A stretch of 64,000 bases of DNA from the NCBI GenBank assembly GCA_030324005.1, contig JARDVH010000001.1, positions 98,833,997 to 98,897,996 on the forward strand, read 5' to 3'. A program made the translations under genes and the position numbers. The notes beneath the pieces were generated by a model, which had not been told where the DNA came from, did no database searches, and saw only the letters and a program-made list of their open reading frames with translations. This DNA comes from Negaprion brevirostris (taxonomy: Eukaryota). This document shows, piece by piece, positions 1 to 11,130 of the stretch; position 1 is the first letter of the stretch; each line of letters opens with the position of its first letter.

Positions 1-508
1 GTCGATGCCAGCAGGAGCAGTGGTAGCTGACAGCAATGCTCCCAACAGAGTTCACGATTATCTTGAGATCCCAGACCAAAGGTGAATGAAGGCAGGATGG
101 GGATCATGGAGTGAGAATCACTGTTGGTGCAAGGACGGTCATCAAAGGTCAGGTCAGGAGTGACTTTTAACTGACCTGCCCCTCCTCCCAATGTTGCATC
201 CCTCAACTGGGCACAGGTTGCCTAATAATAAGGCACCCCCATCCCAGGAGGCCACTGGTAAGCCTGGTAAGGCTTGTCGGGCAGCCTTCTGAAGGTGCGC
301 AATCCCCCATCAATCCCTGAGCCACCACTAAATTGCAGTGGGCTCTGGGATAATATGTTTCAATTAGTGGATTCATGAACCTAATTGACATCCCACTGCT
401 GGAGGTTGGGATTCCCATGTCAGCACCTTCCACCTCTGATCTGAGGAGGTTTTTCTTCTTGTGTTTAAGTGGATCCAACGCCATGGTTCCTGGCATTAAA
501 TCCAGCCT
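1..508. mobile_element. End of a putative Harbinger/PIF-like non-autonomous DNA element
   Basis: GC-rich segment ending in TAAATCCAGCC. Its reverse complement GGCTGGATTTA resembles the GGCTGGATTTT/GGCCTGATTTT termini at 33563 and 16070. Family assignment is inference. Confidence 0.35.
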
Positions 509-885
509 GTTTTATTTTAGAAGGATAAACATCTCACAGTGCAAACAAAAAAACATTGATGTAAAATCTAGGCCAATATCCTGCAGTTCTGTGGTTCCTT
601 TTCCTGAACCAGAATAACCTTTCCTTTTTTTCCACCCAGCTTGCTAATCTGCAGCCACTGGGATGAATATTGTCCAAATAATGAGACAGGTATTCTAAAT
701 TATGGTAACTTGTATGCTGTTGACTATAAATAAGGAACTAGACTGAGACCACCCAGGGATATTTTGCTTTAAGATTCTTCCAAGTGACATGACTTTCGTT
801 TCACGTTGCATCATTGTTAGCCAAAAGCCATATTCTGCTAGTGGTATTCAGCTTACCCATAACATTATAGAGATCATTTTTCTTT

Positions 886-1223
886 TTATGCATTCATGGG
901 ATGTGGGTGTCACTGGCTGGGCCAGCATTTATTACCCATGCCCAAGGATATTTAAGAGTCAACTACATTGCTATGGAGCTGGAATCACATATAGTCACAG
1001 ACCAGCTAAGGACAGCAGATTTCTTTCTCCTAAGGACATTAGTGAATCAGATGGATTTTTACAATCACAATACTTTCAGTCATAGGCTTTTAATTCCAGA
1101 TTTTTTATTGAATTCAAATTTCACTATCTGCCGTGGTGGGATTCAAACCCAAGTCCCCAGAGCAGTATCCTGGGTATCTGGATTAGTAGTCCAATGACAC
1201 TGCCATTATGCCAGTGCCTCTCC
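886..1223 (-). mobile_element. tRNA-derived SINE (family C in this window)
   Basis: Homologous to 14653-14975 (+) and 31885-32240 (-). The minus strand has pol III A/B-box-like motifs (GGCATAATGG, GGTTTGAATCCC). Confidence 0.85.
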
Positions 1224-2370
1224 CTGATTTCATGAAATAATGTAAAAGACATAGTGGTAAATTGGCAGGCTGTTTTATATCTCTGCTGAATTATATANNN
1301 NNNNNNNNNNNNNNNNNNNNNNNNNNNNNNNNNNNNNNNNNNNNNNNNNNNNNNNNNNNNNNNNNNNNNNNNNNNNNNNNNNNNNNNNNNNNNNNNNACC
1401 TATTGCATTCTATTTTACATGATTTCACAGCAAAAATCTGAGTCATTGACACTAAAATGCCGTTGGCATCTCCATTTTATCTCCCATCGTAACCTCATTG
1501 GGAGAATTCTTATAAACTGGAAAAATGACTGTTTATACCATATCTCTGAGATTCTGCTGGTCTCCCATCAAAATTACAGCTGGAGATTGGGCAGAACATT
1601 GTGTGCTTTCTCAGCCATGAGACTGATGACTTCAGATCATTGATTTTTTTTGCTCACTTTTTGTCTTCCTTTGGGAAATATGAAAAAATGTTGTGAAATC
1701 TATATTTCCAATTGACTTCCAACATCAGCCAAGCTCAAAGCATTTCAAGCAGACTCTTAACATCTTTAAATGTAAAGCTACAAATTTATCTCCAACATTT
1801 TTGGTGTACAGAGGAGGAGGAAATCAACATCAACAACTACATTGAATTTGAAGTGTAGCCATTGCTCCATGTCTGGGTTTTTATCTTGTTTGAATGGCAT
1901 TTTACAGTAGTCGTTATTTGTTGCATGTGAGTGATTCAGACAGTTCAACCCTTTTAATCATTTGCAGATTCAGTGACTGTGACTGGAGCTTATCAAATGA
2001 CATTAGCTATTCATAGAACTGTGCAGTTGTATTTCTGAAAAATCAGGTCAGTGTCATTCTTGTGGCACTACTTTGCTTAGTTAACTGCTTAAACATGTTG
2101 TGACCAAAGTTCAGATCCATTGGAGTGATAATAACCAGAACAGAGTACTGCTGACATCAGAGCCCTACGTGCCCTACAGGTATGAGTTTAGGGAAATGAG
2201 GCTCACAGAAGCAATTGCAAGTCTGGTAATGGAGATAAGAAAATCACAGCCAAAAAAAACAGTTCGAAGCTCGAACACACGTTTGGGATAAGGCAACCTT
2301 GATCCCCATATTTCTCAGTCCCAAGCTAGGGAATGGTGAGCAGTGGTTGAGCTATCTTTTTTAAAAATAT

Positions 2371-2646
2371 TTTTATTAGTGTCACAAGTAGGCTTACATT
2401 AACACTGCCGTGAAGTTATTGTGAAAATCGTCTAGTCACTCTGGTGCCTGTTCAGGTGCATGGTGGGAGAATTTATCATGGTCAATGCACCCAACCAGCA
2501 CACCTGTCGGACCGTAGGAGAAAACTGGAGGAAACCCACACAAACACGGGGACAATGTTCAGACTCAACACAGACAGTGACCCAAGCCAGGAATCCAACC
2601 AGGGTCCCTGGCGCTGTGAGGCAGCAATGCTAACCACTCTGCCACC
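2371..2646 (-). mobile_element. V-SINE, tail type B
   Basis: tRNA-like head GTGGTTAGCATTGCTGCCTCACAGCGCCAGGGACCC, central V-domain-like segment, tail ...CCTACTTGTGACACTAATAAA. Same family as 13965, 24570, 43027 and 60912. Confidence 0.9.
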
Positions 2647-5076
2647 TGGAGATAGGAGAGAAAAGCAGACATTAGAGTGTGAGCTGAGCAGTAATTCAAA
2701 CCTGACAGTGGTAGCCAGAGGGAAGGTTCAGTCCTTTGGGACAGGCCTGCCCAAGCCAACCTCTTAGCAATGGGGCTGAGACCGAATGGATGGGGAAAAA
2801 ATAGGAGTAACATACCTTGGGTGTAAAACTGCCAGTAAAACAAATTCTAACCTGATGAAACTCTTGGACTGCTAGATGCTGACTGCAATGTGTCAGTGAT
2901 GCCAGAGGTTCAAAAGGTTCTTGTAATCAAGTGAGCGATCGGAATTGCCTCTTTAAAAAGGACTGGGCTTTGACAGCAGCTGCTCATCTTTCAGTGTTTC
3001 ATCTCTCTTGTTCTTGAGGGTGATGAATAAAAAGTGTCTGTTAAAGAGATGGAGCTCAACGCCTCAGCTGTTATATCTTGTCACATAGGCCGGATGGTTG
3101 GGATTCTCTAGCTGGGGAGCTGCAGCCTGTGACATAGATGTCCCACAAGGATGATCTTTGCTCTAACTTGTCAGGTCAGAGGTGTAACTTTCAAAGATCA
3201 AATGGCAAAACTGGTAAAAGATACTATAGCATTAAGCTGGTTTCCTTTAAAAAAAAACACAGAATTTTAATTATCAGAATTGCTAAGACCAAAGTGTCTT
3301 GCAAGATATTAGAGACTTCTGATATTAGAGATGCACTTGGTGCCACTGCAAAAAAAAGGCCTGGTGAATTTGATGCCAGGAAATAGTGGATGATACTGGG
3401 CATTATATGTCCTTTCTTTTGTCAAAATTGAAGTGAATGGAAATAAAAAGAAAAAGTAACAAGTATTGAAATAAAAAAAGAAAATGCAGAAAACTCAAGA
3501 TCTGAAAGAAAGATTTAGGTTAAGATTTTGTGTGCGAACATTCATCAGGATGCAGTGCAAAAANNNNNNNNNNNNNNNNNNNNNNNNNNNNNNNNNNNNN
3601 NNNNNNNNNNNNNNNNNNNNNNNNNNNNNNNNNNNNNNNNNNNNNNNNNNNNNNNNNNNNNNNNNNNNNNNNNNNNNNNNNNNNNNNNNNNNNNNNNNNN
3701 NNNNNNNNNNNNNNNNNNNNNNNNNNNNNGAATTGCTCTGTATGCATAGACTCACTTAAATCGGCTGTGAATGTGAGTGTAATGCAGTATTGTGAAGGTT
3801 TCTAATCAACTCTTACAAACTTGGGAGAATTCAAGGTAATGCTACACAATTCAATATACTTGTTGGGAATTTCTCCCAATCAATCAATGTAATTTCAATA
3901 GCAGATTAGCAGGTTTATGCATATAAATAGGATTTCTAACAAATCCTATTTATAAATACAACCTCTGACAAATCTAAGATGGCAAAGCTGTAGAAACTTT
4001 GAGGAAATCCCTGCTGGAAGCATCTAAGCCTACACAACTGTCACTGTTAAATGCTTTCAGTAGAAGTTATTAATGTTTCTTACGGTAACAGTATTGAAAT
4101 CAAACTAGCTCATGGCATTAATTGATCTTAATCCAAGATACATATCATAATTCATTTTTCAGTGTTACAACATGTACTTGACAAGAGCACTAGTGCATAG
4201 TGGTACTGTCGTGCTTTCAGGTTAAGTGTAATTTAGAAAGATGAAACCTCTTCCACTCCATAACAGATTAAGGCAGCATCAGACAGGTTGTTGATTTCAG
4301 TGATGTGCTGATTTGGGTTTCATCAAGCAATCTTTCATTGTCTATCTATTTGCAAATTTATCTTTTCTCCTTCTTGAATGGTTTGAACTTCTCTTAAATA
4401 CCCATGATGAGGTATCAAAATACACATGCAAGAGAGTGAATTAGTGTTTTGTGAAGTTGTTATTGGCACAGAAAACACATGCTGAACAGCTTCAATCCTA
4501 AAACATGAACATTACTTATCTGGAACAATCACAATGGAATTGCCAACAACAGCACTTTGTGTTAATATACTTGAGTCCCATGATGATAGTTTAATTATGT
4601 GTATCTTAAAGGTAACATTTATACACACTGTTGGGCTTTCAAGATATGTTGCCAAACTTTGTGAAATAGATGGAAAGACACAATCTTGTTTTTGTTCTTA
4701 TGTAGGTCTTAACTTTGGAAATTATTGATGAGTGCCAGCAGATCTTAATACTCATTTTTCAGTTCAAAATATGTAGAATGTTAGGGGTTGAAATTGGTTA
4801 GAACTCAACAATCAAAAGTATGTTGCCAGCGCACATCCCAATCATGAAGCCCAAAATCCAACCTGAAATTAAGCCTCAGCTGTCCACATTTGTCACACCT
4901 CCAGAGGCAGCATGTGCATTTGAAGGCAATGTGTGTCAGACCAATTGCTATGCTGGCCCCTTCATTTACTTGTCATGTTTCCAGATGCAGTTCAGTTGCT
5001 TCAGTTTCAGCTGGCTGCCTTGCCTTCAGGGGTACTGACAGTGAAGACCGATAGCTCACTGTCAACATCCTCACTC

Positions 5077-5081
5077 CACAC

Positions 5082-5117
<36 letters not shown>
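5077..5117. repeat. (CA)n microsatellite, about 20 units with one interruption
   Basis: Directly visible. Confidence 0.97.
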
Positions 5118-5119
<2 letters not shown>

Positions 5120-5849
5120 TACAGGGTCACTATTCATTCCCATAAACGCTGGTGAAGATTGGTGCTCATTTGATTACAGATCAATTCCTACTTTATGCTT
5201 CTCACTGTCTGCAACCAACATGCTGCTGCTTCCAATTATGATCTTCTCCAATCAATAGACTTGACACAGTGTCAATTTTCTTTTTTTATTTCTCAATACT
5301 GTGCTCCTTTTTTTTCATTCAACTGTCACTTCTAATTTCATCTGCTGCTACCACTGCTCTATCTCCTGCTGCCAGCACCTTTTGTAGTCATACCCTGCCT
5401 CTCTTTCCCCTGATCTTGGCAACTTCCCAGTACCATCTGCCATTATCCCTNNNNNNNNNNNNNNGTTATCTTCTTCTGCTGCCATGACCTCTCCTAATGT
5501 TGCCATCCACTTTTTTGTTGCTGCCATTACCTTCCTCTTCTTGTTTCCATCATCTCTCTATCTCTACCTCCCCTGCTGGTATGTGGTCCTATTTTGTGTT
5601 CCTTGTTTGTACTGCCTATTCTTCACACTTTTCTTCCTGCATTCACGAGTACCTTTTTTGTCCTTTTGCTTTTACATTTTAAAAGTGTCCTGCTGGCCTA
5701 TATCTCACACCCAGGTAGATTTTGACAGGTGGCCAACAAAAATACTGGAGTTACAAATCGGGCCATTTTTATATGTCAGGATGAGTTGTCCATTGTGCTA
5801 TGTGAGGAGCCAGAGTTGTAAATACTGAAAGGTACAGATCTTAGTTGTT

Positions 5850-6490
5850 ATTGATCTTCATGATCAACACTTAGCAATGAGCTTAACAACATGCTTAGCG
5901 AAAAGCAATCTTTGGTGGCCAGGATTAGATAAGGATGTAGTGGACACAGTGAACCGCCGTGGAGCATGTCAAGCTGTAGGAAAACAGCTGCCATCAGTAT
6001 CTTTGCAACCATGGAAATGGCCAACTAGAGCGTGGCTCAGATGGCACATAGATTTTGCAGAATTTGAAGGGCAATACTGATTCACAGCTTCATCCTGGTT
6101 GAAATGGAGCAGCGGTGTGCACAGTACAAATTCATAAGCTATGCTAGATATAAATGAGAAGAAATGTTCACTGTCATTGAATCACAAACTGGCAATGTTT
6201 TTGTTTATTTATTGTAACGCACTTCACGTTGCTACCGGCTGAATGCCAGTTGAGTTTTTTCTTAAAAGGAAGCCTAGAAAAAGGTTTTCATAGTTGAAGC
6301 CACATTCAGCACAGCTGGTGGGAGAGAAACAATTCATGCAGAAAGAAAATCATAAAGGGGTAGAGTAAGAGAACACAAAGGTGAAAAAAGACCATAATTA
6401 GTGGAAGAGTCATGGAAACATGTGGTCCTTGCACGTTTCGTCAAGATGTTTGGTGGTGGAAAGATTAAGTTTGTACACACAGATCACATT
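5850..6490 (+). mobile_element. Decayed Ty3/Gypsy integrase fragment
   Basis: ORF 5877-6080 reads LAKSNLWWPGLDKDVVDTV...ACQ...SLQPWKWPTRAWLRWHIDFAE, matching the Gypsy zinc-finger/integrase-start pattern (WWPG.DKD..C..CQ..PW.WP..PW.R.HIDFA). Broken downstream remnants follow; no LTRs resolved. Confidence 0.88.
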
Positions 6491-6879
6491 TTAGCTTCAA
6501 CAGTTCATAAAGAAGAAGAAAGTTGAAAAAAATGAAATAAATGTGATTAACTGAATAGTTGGCATATCAGCTGAGCATCAATAATCACACAACAAAAGTT
6601 GTGCCTGAAACCAGTTCAGATCCAAACCTGATAGACATGTCTGATAAAATGTAAAGGCCCAAACCAGTCTTTGCTGGAGAAAACCTTTTCTCAGACTCAG
6701 TCCAAACTTGATCAGGATTCTTCCCCCCAAGTTCTGGAAGTTTGGGTCAAGATAGGTGGTATCCATCGAGAAATAGGAAATCAATGGTTAAGCTGGATTT
6801 GTTAAAAGCAAGACAAATATTTTAGTGTATGAATTTCTGTGTAATTTTTTCATTAAGAAGAGAGGACTGTAAACATGAA

Positions 6880-7140
6880 TAAAAACAAATTACTATGGGT
6901 ACTGGAATCTGAAACCAAAAGAGAAAACGCTGGAAAATCTCAGCAGGTCTGGCAGCATGTGTAAGGAGAGAAAAGAGCTGACATTTCGAGTCCAGATGAC
7001 CTTTTGTCAAATGTGGCTTCCTTCTAAGAATTAGCTTTGACAAAGGGTCATCTGTACTCGAAACATCAGCTCTTTTCTCTCCTTCCAGATGTTGTCAGAC
7101 CTGCTGAGATTTTCCAGCATTTTCTCTTTGGGTTTCAGGA
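6880..7140. mobile_element. Penelope-type terminal sequence in inverted (hairpin) arrangement
   Basis: Arms of about 105 bp (6907-7011 and 7035-7139) are near reverse complements (GCTGGAAAATCTCAGCAGGTCTG / CAGACCTGCTGAGATTTTCCAGC) around a spacer of about 24 bp. Penelope assignment is from recall of shark repeats. Confidence 0.7.
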
Positions 7141-9251
7141 CTATAAACGTGCCTTCTTGCAGCCATTTGCATGTATGTTTGTATGTATAGTCTAACAGAA
7201 ACAAACTCATTTTTCAGTTGGATGCTTGAACTCCATGTACATGCACCAATCTCTTTCCGCCCTGCAAGATATCAAAGTGGCCCCCCCAAGAAAAATTGAC
7301 AACTGAAGGTTAAATGTTCCATTTTCCAGCTGCTGGAGTGAAGCCCTATCTGCCAGGAGTACAAAGCAGGAAATTGTACATGTACTATGTACAATTGTAT
7401 GTATATAGAATGTACAATTCCCTGATGTGCCCTCCCAGTACTTGAGTCTGCACATCAGCTATATACAAATAGAAAATTCAACTTTTAATGCCAGTGTATA
7501 GGCAATTATTTACTCTGGCCTGCGCACATTGCTAATGGGGTTATGATTGACCAAAGTTTGTTTTCATGCAAGAGAAAGGCAACGTCAATCCCACCAGTCT
7601 GGAATGGATCTGACCAAATGCTGCAGTACTTGAATATAAAATAGCTTCATCTTATAAATTAATTCCAATGTTGGTTCAGGCAGCCCCTGAAGCACAACGT
7701 CAAAGCACCCCATCTGCAATGAATTTGAAAGTCATCTTTATAATGGAGCATGTGAACAAGAAAATAATGTTAGTGTAAAATGGAAAATCACAGTAGATAA
7801 TTGTTGCAGTATATTTTTGAGTTAAACTTACAACATAAAACTTACTCTACTAGATATGTTTCTGAAGGTGCTTTTTTAGTCAATTTTAAGTGCTGCATAA
7901 GGCTTGAAGCTGATGGCAATTGAATTCTATCTTTTTTTAATATTTCAATAGTCACATTTACCTTTTATGGATTGGTGCACATTTTAGTTTCCATGATATG
8001 TGTTGGTTTCTAGTCAAATCCTAAACAAAACAAGTTAATTGAACTGTAGCAAAACGGCACAGAGGTCACCACATAAACACATACCAGCCATTTCTTTTAA
8101 TTTGCGTCTCTTGTGAGGCCAAATGACCACTTTCTTGCCTTAAGTACAATTTGTTTTTGGCAAGGGGAGTGTGGGATGAGAGAATAACTAACAGGATGGC
8201 TGCGACATGTAGTTTGGATTTTGCTTTTTAATGTGAAAAATATCAAACAGTAAATGCGTGAGAGGCAATTTTATAAATGTCTGTTCCTAAGGGGCAGAGA
8301 AGCCAGCACCAATTTAACTTTTTTTCCTCAATAGCATACTTTTAATAATGGATGGAAAATTAATATCCACTGGATAAAACACTAACCTATAGGCCAAAAT
8401 ATTAGCATGCTATATCAAGACAAACTCCTAAAGTATCCTGGTGTTGTTCTAGTATACTTGTGCCTCAGGATTAGTGAAATGTTGGAGGAAAAATCATTTT
8501 AATGAAACATTCAGGCGGTGTTTGAGCTAAACCTTGAACACAATATGGAATCTGCTTCTGGTTGTGTTACTGAATAAACAAAACAGCCCTGAACTTCTAG
8601 AGTCTACCAATCTCCAGCTGTACCTTAGGCAGGGGTTTGGCAGAGATCCTGTATAATAGCTGGCAACTGTCTGTCTCTAGCTATCTCTGCCAGTTCTTCA
8701 GTAGTTTTGCTGATTTCACCCTGAGAAGTCCCACAGAAATTCCAGGCAAAATTTCTTCCTCCGTGTATAATTTTTATGTAAATAGCTTGAAAGAATGTGG
8801 AAATAATTTTATTGCAAGTCCCCACTAATATATTTTTTTTCATATTTTCTTTCTTGCTATTGCTATGACCTGCTATGGAATATTGACTGACTGTACTATC
8901 TTTGGGATTCTATTATATCAGGTACGTGATCATGCTTTATTTTGATATGCACAACTACTTTTACAATGTTTTTGAATACAGGTATAAAAAGAGCATTTGC
9001 TAGCAATTACATTTGTTTGTCAATTTTGAAACTGATGATTTCCAGTAATGGGAAAAAGTTTATCCTTTTAACTGTGTGATTTATTCCATGGATAATGAAA
9101 TTAAACAGCTGCAATTAGTTTTATAAATTCATTCTCCATGCTGAGAGAAAACACCTGAAAAGCTTTAGAGGAAAGGTGTGTGTGTATATATATTGTATAT
9201 TGCAGGAATGGACAACATTAAATTTGTTTCCTCGTATTGTTAATGTCAGTT

Positions 9252-9447
9252 TTAGGGGTGCTCATACTCTGTGGTCACAGTATTAAACGACATTTGGCTG
9301 GTGATGGAGAGTAAAATGTGCAATAGTGAATTAACTGCCTATTTCGCACTCTGCCCAATGTTTTTACATTGACTTCAATGGGATGTAAAATGGGTGGCTG
9401 ATTCACTATCATCTTGTGCAACTGTCCAGGACTAATTTCACATCCAA
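9252..9447. mobile_element. Old palindromic MITE-like element
   Basis: ATAGTGAATTAACTGCCTATTT is a degenerate inverted repeat of AAATGGGTGGCTGATTCACTAT, with CATTGACTTCAATG between them. Confidence 0.55.
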
Positions 9448-9524
9448 GATAGATACCTGTCATATTTTATGTACCAGCAAACCACGCCACCCCCCCCCAC
9501 CCAAAACAAGCCATGGGGTGGAGC

Positions 9525-9720
9525 CATAATATCCAGCCCCATGGCTGATCTTATTATGGCCTCAACTTTGTTTTCTTGTCGATCTCCTATAAGCCTTGAT
9601 TCCCTTGTCAGTCAAAAACTTTTTGGACTCAGCCTTGAATTTATTCAATGACCCAGCCTTCACTTATTTCTGCAGAAGAGAATCCCACAGATTTAACAAC
9701 CCCCGGGAGAAAAGAATGTC
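9525..9720 (-). mobile_element. CR1 LINE 3' fragment
   Basis: Resembles the CR1 3' ends at 49926 and 21400 (CATGGCTGATC; GAATCCCACAGATT, the reverse of a VNLWNS-type region). Confidence 0.65.
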
Positions 9721-10054
9721 TCTTTATCTGCTTCATCTTAATCTCTACTCGTTTGTCAGCCAGGGAGCTCTGGATTTGTTTATTTTACCTTTTCCCTTTT
9801 GTGGGAATATACCTTGACTGTATTTTAACTGCCCCTTGTTTTTTTTAAAAATTACTCCATTCTTAAAGTTACATGCACAGAGTGGACCTGGCAGACCCAA
9901 ATCCGTCTCCTTGCCTGCTCCAGAATCCAAATTCAAATTGAGTCTTATTCATAATCCCCACAACAGAGACAAAGAAGATCCAAGCTGACAAAACATCCGA
10001 TCTTGGGCTTCATCTGATGCTAGATCATAGAAAAGGCAGGGAAGCGATGCTATC

Positions 10055-11130
10055 TCTTGTTTAAAGGCAGTCCATTGTTCAATTACAGTATTGGCTACTC
10101 ATCTTTGATTCCAATTTTTCTGCACCATTTCCATTCTTACTCAACTGAAGTTGGCTTTACCCCATTAATTATTCTTACTCGGAAGTGTTCCTTGTCCTTT
10201 TTCATAGACAACCTAAACATTATGACACAAATGTTCTCCTATAGACACCTGATCCATTTGGCCCACATCACAAGAACCAGGTCCAGCAGTGTCTTCTTTC
10301 TCATTAGATTAGGAATATACTGCTGGAGAAAATGCTTCTGAACATGCAATAGGAACTCTTGCCACACTCTACCCTTTACAATACTAATATCCCAGTCTAT
10401 ATTCAGATAAAGTTCCCAATTAAACCTGCTTTCGAATTTTAGCTCTTCTCAGTAATTTCCTTTGAAATTTGTTCTTCTGTATCTTTCCCACTATTTGATG
10501 GCCAATAGACTACATCAGTAATGTATTGTACCTTTTTTGTTCCTAGCTCCCGCCAAATAGATTCTGTTCTTAACCCTTCTGGGATGTTCTCTTTTTCTCT
10601 CTCTTTCTCTCCTGCACTGCAATGCTCTCTTTAATCAATACTGCCACCACTCCTCCTTTCTTTCTCTCCTTGTATCCAGGAATATTTAATATCCAGTCCT
10701 GCCCTTATCACTGCAACATCATATATCTATGTGGCTATCTTTGTCTGCAACTCACCAATCTTATTTCCTACATTCCATGTATTCACATCCACACAATGTA
10801 AGTATAATTTTGACTATATTACTTTATTTCTCATGCTGAATCCACTAAATCCTATTCTCATACCATCTGTCCCTCTAATACTCTTTGCAACTTGGTATTA
10901 CTCTCTATTATCTTTTGGTTCCCACACCTCTGCTAAATTATCTTAAGCCCTCCCCAATAGCACTAATAAATTTGCCCGCAAGAAAATTGCTTCCAGCTCT
11001 GCTTAGGTGTAACGCATCTGGCCTGTACAGATCCCACCTTCCCTCAGAATTAATCCCAATCTCTCAAGATCTAAAGCCCTCTTCCAGCACCATCAGCCAT
11101 GCACTCATCAGCCCTATCCTCCTTTGTTTT
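10055..11130 (-). mobile_element. Decayed CR1 5' region (ORF1 end and endonuclease)
   Basis: The reverse strand shows CR1-like remnants (esterase DL(Y)..D.LHL region near 11000-11035; endonuclease-like segments). Pyrimidine-rich plus strand; many stops. Confidence 0.6.

Noticed and set aside
8638-8692. Hairpin containing AGCTGGCAACTGT, similar to part of miR-216a
   Set aside because: The seed region differs, the stem has a bulge of about 10 nt, and there is no miR-217 neighbour.
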